This document shows positions 12,235 to 23,506 of a DNA stretch of 64,000 nucleotides, one piece after another; positions within the stretch are counted from its first letter, which is position 1, and each line of letters opens with the position of its first letter. Origin of the DNA: Squalus acanthias (lineage: Eukaryota); NCBI GenBank assembly GCA_030390025.1, contig CM059432.1:151592001-151656000 (forward strand). Reading direction: 5' to 3'. The notes below the pieces were generated by a model. The model did no database searches, was not told the DNA's origin, and saw nothing but the letters and a program-made list of their open reading frames with translations. A program made the translations under genes and the position numbers.

Positions 12235-13790
12235 AACTTCGCTACAGGTCATTTGATTGAGATTTTTGATGAGGTAAAAGAGAGGTTGAATGAGGGCAGT
12301 GTAGTTGATGTGTATATGGACTTTCCAAAGGCTTTTGATAAAGTACCACCTTATGCTTGTTAGCAAAATTGGAGCTCATGGGATAAAGGGCAGTAGCAGC
12401 ACGGATACAAAATTGGCTAAGGGATAGAAAACAGAGTTATGGTGAATGGCTGGCTGTTTTTCAGACTGGAGAGAGGTATACAGTGGAGTTCCCCAAGGTT
12501 CAGTACTAGGACCACTGCTGTTATTGATGTACATTAATAACTTGGACTTGGGTGTATAGGGCACAATTTTGAAATTTGTGGATGACACAAAACTTTGAAG
12601 TGTAGTAAACATTGAGAAGATAGTAAAAAAAAACTTCAATAGGGCATAGACAGGCTGATGAATGTGTGGACACATGGCAAATGTAATTCAGTGCAGAAAT
12701 GTATTTTTTAAATATTCGTTCCTGGGATGTGGGCGTCGCTGGCAAGGCCAGCATTTATTGCCTACCCCTAATTGCCCTTGAGAAGGTGGCGGTGAACCTC
12801 CTTGAACCGCTGCAGTCCGTGTGGTGAAGGTACTCCCACAGTTTGGTTAGGTAGGGAGTTCCAGGATTTTGACCCAGTTACGATAAAGGAACGGTGATAT
12901 ATTTCCAAGTCAGGATGGTGTGTAACTTGGAGGGGAACTTGCAGGTAATGGTGTTCCCATGCGCATGCTGCCCTTGTCTTTCTCAGTGGTAGAGGTTGCG
13001 GGTTTGGGAGGTGCTGTTGAAGAGTGAAGTGATGCATATCGGTAGGAAGAATGAAAAGAGACAATACATACTAAATGGTGCAAATTGAAGGGGGGTGCAA
13101 GAAGAGAGAGACCTGGGGTGTGTGTGCACAGATTAACAAAGCAGTTCATAAAGCATATGGGATCTTGGGCTTTATAAATAGAGGCATAGAGGACAACAGC
13201 CAGGAAGTTGTGCTAAACCTGTATAAAACACTAGTTTGGCCCCAGCTGGAGTATTGTGTCCAATTCTGGGCACCACACTTTAGGAAGGACGTGAAAGTTT
13301 TGGAGTCGGTACTTCAGAGATTTACTAGAATGGTTCCAGGGATGAGGGATTACAATTACGTGGATAGACTGAAGAAGCTGGGGTTGTTGTCCTTAGAGCA
13401 GAGAAGGTTGAGAGGAGATTTGATAGAGGTGCTCAAAATCATGAGGGGTCTAGACAGAGTAGATGGAGAGAAACTGTTTCCAATGGTTAAAGGTCGCTAA
13501 CCAGAGGAAACAGATTTAAGGCGATTGACAAAAGAACCAGAGGCAACATGAGGAAAACCTTTCTCCGCAGTAAGTGTTAGGAGTTGGAATGCGCTGCCTG
13601 ATGGGGTGGTGGATACAGGTTCAGTAGTAGCCTTCAAAAGGAAATTGGTTAAATACTTGAAGGAGTAAAAATTGCAGGGATATGGGAAAAGAGTGGGGGA
13701 GTGGGACTAACTGGATTGCTCTTTGACAGGGCCAGCTCAGACTCGTTGGGCTGATGCACCTCCTTCTGTGCTGTACTATTCTATGATTCT
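12235..13790 (+). mobile_element. CR1 RT fragment interrupted by the 3' end of another LINE (~12705-13020, minus strand)
   Basis: DFx[17 protein letters not shown] and LEYCVQFWAPH motifs; ATTCTATG tail. The insert encodes SKSWNSLPN..LQRFK..HLLKGN and has an A-rich tail. Confidence 0.8.
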
Positions 13791-13794
13791 ATTC

Positions 13795-14400
13795 ATAGCC
13801 CGGATTAGATTTTTCCTGCTTTTTGTGGTCTGGACAATATTCCACTTTGTCAGGTAGATGCCAGTGTAAATGTTGAGGACTCCCAGGGCCACTCTGTCCT
13901 GGCTGTACACTACTTTGCTGCCACCTCTGGTGGGTCTGTCCTGCCGATGGGACAGGAAATACCCAGGGATGGTGATGGAGGAGTCTGGGATATTGGCTGA
14001 TAGGTATGATTATGTGAGTATGACTATTTCGGGCTGTTGCTTGACTTGTCTGTGGGACAGCTCCCCCAATTTTGGCACAATTCCCCAGATGTAAGTGAGG
14101 AGGACTTTGCATGGTCAACTGGGCTGGGTGTGCCTTTGTCATGCCCGAATCCAGTGCCAAGGTTGGTGCCGCGTGGTATTATACTTTTTGTAGCCTTTTG
14201 ATACAACTGAGTGGCTTGATGGGCCATTTCAGAGGGCGTTAAGAGTCAACCACATTGCTGTGGGTCTGGAGTCACATTTTGGCCAGGCTGGGTAAGGATG
14301 GCAGGTTTCCTTCCCGAAAGGACATTCGTGAACCAGGTGGGTTTTTACGCCAATCTGGTCATTTCATGGTCGTCATTCCAGATTTATTTAATTAATGGAA
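13795..14400 (-). mobile_element. Rearranged fragments of a second non-LTR LINE family (related pieces at ~4600, ~5510, ~21825-22340, ~22870-23030)
   Basis: Endonuclease-like and RT-like remnants (HKKQEKSNP); clade not resolved by eye. Confidence 0.5.
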
Positions 14401-15393
14401 TTCAGGTTCAGAAACTGTCATGGTGGGATTTGAACTCCGGTCTTTGGATTATTTGTCCAAGCCTCTGGATTACTAGTCCAGTAACAACCACTGTGCTACT
14501 GTACCCAGAGATTCCCCTTTCATAAAGCTTTTGAACATGTTTTGAGATCCAAAGTTACTGAAGAGAACTTCAAAATTTGTATTATTTTGGAACGGATGGT
14601 ACAAAGCTATGTATAGTGTTTATCTACTGTTTAATTCCTGCTTCTATATCGTAATATTTAATAACATTTGTCCGTTTTCAATTTGAGCTTGCATAGTCTG
14701 TCATTTTGGCGTTGTTCCACTGGTTCTGAGTGATCTGGAGCAAGCAGTCTTATTTGTACGACACAGCCTGATAGTACAAGGGTTCATTGTTTGCTTTGTG
14801 GCAATTTTGTTTGATATATTTTGTGCAATCCATCAAATTTTGGTTCATGAGAATCATGGACTGGCTAATGGTAGCTCTACTTAATGAATTTTCTACGACA
14901 TCAAGTAGGTTTTCAGCTCTGCCGAACATATCCGTCGTATTACCGTGTGTTTTGCATCTTCCTGATGTGGCTGGACTCAACTTACAAATGATTTTGGTTT
15001 CCAGGATGGGGAAGAGCATGTATCCCAGCTTTGGTAATCCTCAAGCCACTTAGTCCAAATAGGTCACAAGTAGCTTTCCAGCCAAAGTCTTGTGCCCAGG
15101 CAGGCACTAATCTTCACATTGTGTAAACTTGAGCCATTTTAGTTCAGTCTTCCAAAGCCAGTCTGTCGGCTGCTGCTAGAAAGCATGTGTCTGACCTCAA
15201 CTACAAACAATGCACTTCCTACTAGGTTCCATGATTTTAGTCGCTCCCCGCCTTGTATATTGTTCCACCTTCAGTCCGTAATACCACAGGCCCAGTTCTG
15301 CAGGTCCCATCAGCACTTGATAGCTGCCAGACACAGACCATGACCCTATTTTATCTAAATCCGCCTGCGATCTATTTTTTTCCGGCGCAGGTC

Positions 15394-16250
15394 ATAAGAA
15401 CATAAACAGGAGCAGGCGTAGGCCAATCGGTCCCTCGAGCCTGCTCCGCCATTCAATAAGATCATGGCTGATCCAATCTTGTCCTCAACGCTACTTTCCC
15501 GCTCTCTCCCCATACCTCTTGACTCCCTTGTAGTTCAAATGTCTGTCAATCTCCGCCTTGAATATATTCAGTGACTCCACCTCCACAGCGCTGCGGGGTA
15601 GGGAATTCCAAAGATTCACGACCTTCTGAGAGAAGAAATTCCTTCACATCTCCGTCTTAAATGGGCGACCCCTTATTCTGAAACTATGCCCCCGAGTTCT
15701 AGATACCCCCACTAGGGGAAACATCCTCTCAGCATCCACCCTGTCAATCCCCCTCAGAATCTTATATGTTTCAATAAGATCACCTCTCATTCTTCTAAAC
15801 TCCAATGAGTATAGGCTCAACCTTTCGTCATACGTCAACCCCTTCATCCCAGGAATCAACCTAGTGAACCTTCTCTGTGCTGCCTCCAATGCAAGTATAT
15901 CCTTCCTTAAATATGGTCCTTGCGCTCGTGCATATCATTGTACTATCCACAAAATTGCAGATAGTTCTCCTGATTTCTTCATGCAGATTGTTGATAAAGG
16001 TGAAGAGTCGCGGCCCTAATGGGGATCCCTGCGGGACTCCTCGTGACCAGCCCCCATGCAAAGCCTCTGCCATTAATCAGACCTTCTGCCTACGCAAATG
16101 CAACCAGATCCTTTATATAAGCAGCTATCTACCCAGCAATCCTGCAAGACTCAACTTTACTTATGGTACATCAGCACAGGCTTTTAAAAAATCTAGATAC
16201 ACAATGTCAACTGGGTTTCCACAATCCACCCATGTTGTAACTGAAATATT
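15394..16250 (-). mobile_element. CR1 3' end joined to an older CR1 RT remnant
   Basis: cataagaac tail; EFRRMRGDLIETYKIL; GVPQGSPLGP remnant. Confidence 0.75.
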
Positions 16251-16334
16251 TCTGTTTTAGTCCAATTTATCTTTGGACGCGACCGGTTAGTCAATCTGGT
16301 TTTGTTTTACCATATGCCCTTCTTTTGACCACAG

Positions 16335-16645
16335 CTATAGACGCTGAGAGGTTGTTTTTCCTGGCTGGAGAGTCTAGAACTAGGCCGCATAGTCTCAGGA
16401 TAAGAGGGTTGGCCATTTAGGACTGTGATGAAGAGAAATTGCTTCAAGGGTTGTGAATCTTTTGAATTTTCTACCCCAGAGGGCTGTAGATGCTGAGTCT
16501 TTGAGTATATTCAAGGCTGAGATCGACAGATTATTGGACTCTAGGGGAATCGGGGGATAGGGCAGGAAAGTGGAGTTGAGGTAGAAGATCAGTTACCATA
16601 TTGAATGGCGGAGCAGGCTCGAGGGGCCTATTTTTTATGTTCTTA
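16335..16645 (+). mobile_element. CR1 3' end
   Basis: Similar to 10640-10962. Confidence 0.75.
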
Positions 16646-17049
16646 AACAAATGTGGCTTCCTTCTAAGTAAGGAAGGTTTAAAAAAAAATTTTTTTGTTC
16701 GTGCTGTTATATATCTGTCCAGTAGGACCACCCAAACAATCTTCCCTAAGTTGCCTGCCACCTTGTGCAAATTTAAGTTCTAATCAGGTATCATGGTTGC
16801 TTTTGTTTGGCCTTTTTTTCCCCTCCCAGAAGCTGGCAGCTGTCCTTCATTCTGCCAGCGCAGTTCACACTTCATCTAGCCTCTACCTGTCACATTACCA
16901 CCTCCTCTTGCCTTGATTATCTCTTTATGTCTCTTAATCTCTCCTGCTTTCTATCCCACCGCTGACCTTCCCTTTTGTTCTTTCATCCCCTCCCCCTTTT
17001 CCCAGCATTATACTTACTTTAAATCTATTTCATTTCCTGCTTTTTTTCC

Positions 17050-17086
17050 AGTTCTGACGAAAGGTCTTCGACCTGAAACGTTAACT
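17050..17086 (+). ncRNA. Minimal type I hammerhead ribozyme motif in a Penelope-derived 3' element (~16850-17135)
   Basis: AGTT-CTGACGA-A-AGGTC ttc GACCT-GAA-ACGT-T-AACT: core boxes CUGAnGA and GAAA, 5-bp stem II, palindromic stem III (ACGT), stem I AGTT/AACT. Confidence 0.7.
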
Positions 17087-18173
17087 CTGTTTCTCTCTCC
17101 ACGGATGCTGCTTGGCCTGCTGAGTTTTCTGTTGTTATCATGGTTGCTATGTCCTCGTAGCTCACCGCATTCAAGGGGGTGGAAATAACAATCTGAACTC
17201 GCATGTCAGAATGTGGATTCAAACTGCTGCCTTATCAAACAGCATGCATAGCCAGCAGATAGGAGTGCAGGGGTGGATCAGTTTATCTCAGTTGGCCATA
17301 TAGTGCAAGGCTGTATGAAATTGTGGATTGGCTGGATAAGTACAATTATAGGTATATGTAATGCTTTTTTTTTTAGTAGATTGTTTTGTGCTCAAGGTGA
17401 TGGATGTTACTGCTGAGATATGGAACTCTTCCTATTTCAGGCTCCCAGTGGCCACATCAAACACTCCCAGATCATAACCGGATGCAGAGTAGATCTCCCT
17501 TTACTCTGCCTCAATAGTGTGCCTTAGCCCCAACCTCAGAAGACCACGCTGTACTGTGCCAATGTGATGATGTCGAATTAGGGGCACTTTTGTGCTGTAG
17601 GTCTATGCTCACTAGCAACTAAATTGAGAGTGTGTGAACTCACTGCAGCCAGCAGACATGAGAATTTCATCCTATCATTTAAGGCTGAATTTGAACTCTG
17701 ATTCCAGAAGTGAAAAATCAGTGTCAAATACACTGCCACATAATTTTTATACGCAGTAATTGCCAAGTGTTCTTAATTAATGTGAATGATGTGCAGCACC
17801 AAGCTGAAATGGGTGAGAGGGGACGAGAGAGAGAACGAGCGAGAACTTTTACTACTGATGTTGACTTGAGTTTTTGTGAAATATTCATTTCAGTATAATG
17901 GGAGTCTTGTTCTATTACTGGTGCAATAACAGGGCAAGTGAAATAGAACATAAACTTTTCTTGATGAAATTAGACTTGAAAACTCTTTCACAGTACCTTT
18001 TGTATTGACTTGCTTGAAGCCATCTTTGAGATAAAAACTTGTGCTTACAACTATTCACTTGGTCCAGTAAAATGTAAAGTGCAATGTAATAATACCAGTA
18101 AATTTTGCTGCTTAACTACAAAAAAGAAAAACGAGTAGAATCTTTGTCCTTAAACATTTTTTTGTTATTGCAG

Positions 18174-18252
18174 ATTACGTTACTTGGACTAGATGTCATA
18201 GGAGCACTTGTGGATCGCATTAAAGATCGTTTTAAGCCCCATTTTGGAACAG
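18174..18252 (+). CDS. CLASP2: CLASP-family (probably CLASP2) internal coding exon, TOG1/HEAT region; ITLLGLDVIGALVDRIKDRFKPHFGT(V)
   Basis: Pyrimidine tract + CAG acceptor, GTGAGT donor, 79 nt, starts in phase 0 and ends in phase 1. The peptide resembles vertebrate CLASP1/2 (VLLGMDILSALVTRLQDRF / VSLMGLEILSAFVDRL) and splices in frame to 52163. The paralog call is less sure than the family call. Confidence 0.85.
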
Positions 18253-18354
18253 GTGAGTAAACTTCCCCTATTCCAATTTGTTTTCTCTAAAACATTCCAA
18301 CCCAGCTGGTCATGCCAATAAGTCAACCACTAAGAATGTTGATAAAGGATATTG

Positions 18355-21300
18355 CGTGGGATTACATAGCATATACAATACAGAAACAGACCATTCGGCC
18401 CAATCAGTCTATACCGGTGTTTATGCTCCACTCGAGTCTCTCCTGTCTTTCCTCATCTAACCCTATCAGCATTAACCCTCTATTCCCTTCTCACTCATAT
18501 GCTTATTTAACTGCCCCTTAAATGCATCTATACTATTCACTTCAACCACTCCCTGTGGTAGCGAGTTCCACATTCTCACCACTCTCTGGGTAAAGAAGTT
18601 TCTTCTGAATTCCCTATTTGATTTTTTTGGTGACTATCTTGTATTGATGGCCTCTCGTTTTGCTCTTCCCCACAAGTGGAAACACTCTCTCTGTATCCAC
18701 TCTATCAAAACCTTTCATGATTTTAAAGACCTCTATTAGGTCACCCCTCAGCCTTCTCTTTTCAAGAGAAAAGAGACCCTGCCTGTTCATCCTTTCCTGA
18801 TAGGTGTACCCTCGCATTTCTGGTATCATCCTTGTAAATCTTCTCTGCACCCTCTCCAGTGCGTCTATATCCTTTTTATAATATGGCGACCAGAATTGTA
18901 CACAGTACTCCAAGTGTGGTCTAACCCAGGTTCGATATAAGTTTAGCATAACTTCACTACTTTTCAATTCTATCCCTCCAGAAATAAACCCTAGTGCTTG
19001 GTTTGCTTTTTTTTATGACTTTGTTAACCTTTGTCACTACATTTAGTGATTTGTGTATTTGTGGTGGATAAAGGGGAACCAGTGGATGTAGTGTATTTAG
19101 ACTTCCAGAAGGCATTCGACAAGGTGCCACATAAAAGATTATTGCTCAAGATAAAAAATCACTGGATTGGGGGTAATATTCTGGCATGGGTGGAGGATTG
19201 GTTATCTAACAGGAAGCAGAGAGTTGGGATAAATGGTTCATTCTCGGACTGGCAACCAGTAGCCAGTGGTGTTCCGCAGGGGTCGGTGCTGGGTCCCCAA
19301 CTCTTTACAATCTATATTAACGATTTGGAGGAGGGGACCGAGTGTAACATATCAAAGTTTGCAGATGATACAAAGATGGGAGGGAAAGTAGAGAGTGAGG
19401 AGGACATAAAAAACCTACAAGGGGATATAGACAGGCTGGGTGAGTGGGCAGAGATTTGGCAGATGCAATACAACATTGGAAAATGTGAGGTTATGCACTT
19501 CGGCAGGAAAAATCAGAGAGCAAGTTATTATCTTAATGGCGAGAAACTGGAAAGTACTGCAGTTCAAAGGGATCTGGGGGTCTTGGTGCAAGAAAATCAA
19601 AAAGTTAGTATGCAGGTGCAGCAGGTGATCAAGAAAGCCAATGGAATGTTGGCTTTTATAGCTAGGGGGATAGAATATAAAAACAGGGAGGTATTGCTGC
19701 AGTTGTATAGGGTATTGGTGAGACCGCACCTGGAGTACTGCACACAGTTTTGGTGCCCATACTTAAGAAAAGACATACTTGCTCTCGAGGCAGTACAAAG
19801 AAGGTTCACTCGGTTAATTCCGGGGATGAGGGGGTGGACATACGAGGAGAGGTTGAGTAGATTGGGACTCTACTCATTGGAGTTCAGAAGAATGAGAGGC
19901 GATCTTATTGAAACATATAAGATTGTGAAGGGGCTTGATCGGGTGGACGCGGTGAGGATGTTCCCAATGATGGGTGAAACTAGAACTAGGGGACATAATC
20001 TTAGAATAAGGGGCTCCTCTTTCAAAACTGAGATGAGGAGAAACTTTTTCACTCAGAGGGTAGTGGGTCTGTGGAATTTGCTACCCCAGGAAGCTGTGGA
20101 AGCTACTTCATTAAATAAATTTAAAACAGAAATAGACCGTTTCCTAGAAGTAAAGGGAATCAGAGGTTACGGGGAGCGGGCTGGAAATTGGACATGAGTT
20201 TGAGTTCGGATCGGTCAAGGCCCTGTGGGTGGCGGAGCGGGCCCAGGGGCCGAGTGGCCTGGTCCTGCTCCTGCTTCTTGTGTTCTTTAGAGTTGAGGTT
20301 GGATCAGATCAGCCATGATCTCATTGAATGGCGGAGCAGGCTCGAGGGGCCGATTGGTCTACTCCTGCTCCTATTTCTTATGTTCTTATCCCTTTGCTCC
20401 TCTACCCCACCCAAACTCGCAGCCTCCAAGTAATATGTGACCTCTCTATTCTTCCGACCAAAATGTAATACCTCACATTTATCTGTGTTGAAATTAATTT
20501 GCCAATGAAGTACCCAATCAGAAAGTTTATTAGTGTCGTCTTGTAATTTGTTGCAGTCCTCCTCAGTAATGCCTAGCCCCCCCACCAATTTGGTGTCATC
20601 TGCAAATTTAGAAATTGTGGTTTGATTCCAAAGTCTAAATCATTAATATAAATGGTGAACAACAGTGGTCCCAGCACTGAACCTTGTGGAACACCACTTC
20701 CCACCTTCTGCCACGCTGAGTATTTTACCCCTACTCTCTGTTTTCTGTCTTGAAGCCAGCTAGCTCTCCATTCTGCTACTTGTCCCCTGACTCCGCAATC
20801 TCTGACCTTATTCATTTGTCTATTATGTGATACCTTATCGAAGGCCTTTTGAAAATCTGGATAAATTACATCATCTGCATTACCCTTGTTTACTCTCTGT
20901 TACCTCTTCAAAAAATTAATTGAGGTTGGTCAAGCAAGACCATGCTGACCATTCATTGTTATATTTTTGGTTTCTAGATGTTGTCCTATTTTCTCCTTTA
21001 TTAGAAATTCCATTATTTTTCCTACCACTGATGTTAAGCTGACTGGTCTATAATTCCCTGGACATGTTCTATCTCACTTCTTAAATATAGGTATTACGTT
21101 AGCTATCCGTCAGTCCTCTGGCACTACACCTTTTTCTAACGAATTATTAAATATGTGTAGTCGTGCCTCTGCTATCTCTTCCCTAGATTATTTAAAAATG
21201 CGCAGATGTAATCTGTCCGGACCAGGGGTTTTATCCTGAGTTTGATTAGTTTATTTAATATTTAATATATCTCCTTTTTATTTTAAATGCAGTTATCTCA

Positions 21301-21815
21301 TTACTAATCTCATCATCCAATATCCTTTCCATCTGTTCTATCACACTGGTAATTATTTAATATTTCTGCCATCTCTCTATCGCTGCTTGTGGTATTATCC
21401 TGTCCATCCCTGAGTGGCCCTATTTCTATCCCGACCTTCCTTTTTTTTTTATATATGTGCCTGTAAAATATTTTACTATATTGTTTTATGTTCCTTGATA
21501 ATTTAATTTCATAGTTCCTTTTTGCCTTCCTAATTGATTTTTTGACTTCTCTCCTAGTCTCTTCGTATTCTCCCTTATCACGCTCTCCCCTGCTGTCCAT
21601 GCACTTAATGTATGCCTCTTTCCTTACCCTCAATTTTTCCCTTCTGGCTTTATTCATCCATGGTGTCTCATTAGTGTTTAGCTTGTTCTTGTTTTTTAGC
21701 GGAATATATTTTTCCTGGACTCTGTTGAACACCATTTTAAATGTTTCCCATTGCTGTTCTACGCATTTGTTTTTATTATTTGTGCCAAATGTCTTTTTAC
21801 TTTTTCTAAATTATT
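18355..21815 (-). mobile_element. CR1 (subfamily A), interrupted by a + strand CR1 at ~19063-20388
   Basis: ORF2 pieces 18614-18967, 20304-20815 and 21313-21735; a close relative lies at 40575-42250. Confidence 0.85.
19063..20388 (+). mobile_element. Young 5'-truncated CR1 (subfamily B) with an intact RT C-terminal frame and a double 3' tail
   Basis: ORF 19031-20197 contains [23 protein letters not shown] and FADD without stops; two successive 3' modules. Confidence 0.9.
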
Positions 21816-23506
21816 TGTTCTTGTGAGTTGAGCAATGCTGGCAAGGCAGCATTTATTGGCCATCCCTAATTGTCCTGATGGGCCATCTCTCTGAATTGTT
21901 GCAGTCTTTGTGGTGATGGCGCTCTTACAATGGTGTTAGTTGGGAATTCCAGGTTTTTGATTTAATTGTGGTATATGTCCAAGAAGAGGAACTTAGAGGT
22001 GATTATGTTTGCATAATGTTACTTCCCTTGTCTTTCTCGGTGGTAGAGGCCATGATGCTGGAATGTGCTGAGGTAGTAAGCTTGGGGAGTTGCTGAGTTG
22101 CCTCCTGTTGATAGTTGAGGGGGGGTGGATATTGAGTCCAGTGGCAGGTGGGGTGCGCCTATTAAGCAGTTTGCATTGTCCAGGATGGTGTCTGGTTTCT
22201 TGAGTATTGTTGCAGCTGTGCCGATTCAGGCATGTGAGAGTATTCCATCATCGTCCTGACTTGAGCCTTATAGATGGTGGAGAGGCATTGAAGGGACAAG
22301 AGTTACAGCCTCTGCTACATTCTTGTATCCACAGTGTAGATATAGCTGGTCCAATTAAGCTACTTCAGTAAAGAGATTTTTCTTATATGTTGTGAATTTA
22401 CTTTTCACTCAATTCCTATTTTCATGGTGTGTTTTAAGTCACAATCTGGGTTAACCTATTTTTGCCATTTAGTATTTTTATATACGCAGACTGTAACCAA
22501 CTTCTTAGATTGTAAAGCTTAAATTTTCCGCATATCTTTCCATACAGCCTGGGTTGCATTTTTTTGTATTCTTTCCAATTCAAGGAAATTTTTTTTGTAG
22601 TCATCATAACTGAATGCAGTATACTGAACTTGATCTAACCAGTGCATGGTAAAGCCTTCGCACTACTACTGTAGACTTTTTCTGTTGTCTGGACTATTTA
22701 GCAAAGTATTCAAATAAATATATTGTAATATAATAGTTTTGCCACAATGTTGGGACAACAGAGGCGTCATATTCTGCAAATTAAGCTAGACAGCCGCTTA
22801 GTATAGACTGTTACCAGTTTTTTTTTTGTGGGTCAATTTGAAATAAATAACATTTCATTCATTATAAACAGGAGCTCTTGCAAAACTGGGGTCAATGGGG
22901 AAAACTCTCCAGTAGTTTGAATCATACCTGATGCACAGAAAGATAGTTGTGGTTGTCATAGGTCAATTATCGCAGCCCCAGTACGTCAATATTCGAGTTC
23001 CTTGAGGTAGCCTTCTCGGCCCAACCATTTTCACAGGAACAGGAGTAAACCATTCAGCCCCTCAAGCCTGTTCTGTCATACAATTAGATTCTGACTGATC
23101 TGTACCTCGGCTCCATTTACCTGCCTTCGCTCCATATTGATTGATGACTTTACCTTACAGAAATCTATCGATCTTAGTCTCTAGTTGTCCAGCACCTACA
23201 GCGTTTTGGGCAGAGAATTCCAGATTTCACGACCCTTTGTGTGAAAAGTGCTTCCTGATTTCCCTCTTCAATGGCCTAGATCATCTCACCCTGATTCCAT
23301 TCTTGTCTATCCAGTTGAAGCCTGAGAGTCACCTGCAATGGCTTCTCGTTCCACTCCCGCATAGTTACCTCTGGCGTCTCCAAGGATCGATCCTTGGCCC
23401 CCTCCTATTTCTCATCTACAGGCTGCCCCGAGGTGACATAATCCGAAAAACAACTAAGTTCCACATGTATGCTGACTACATCCAGTTCTACCTCAGCACC
23501 ACCTCT

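Noticed and set aside
16900..18173. U4atac snRNA gene, which in human lies antisense shortly upstream of the equivalent CLASP1 exon
   Set aside because: No match to the U4atac 5' sequence (AACCATCCTTTTCTTGGGG) was seen on either strand by eye; its absence is consistent with this being CLASP2.
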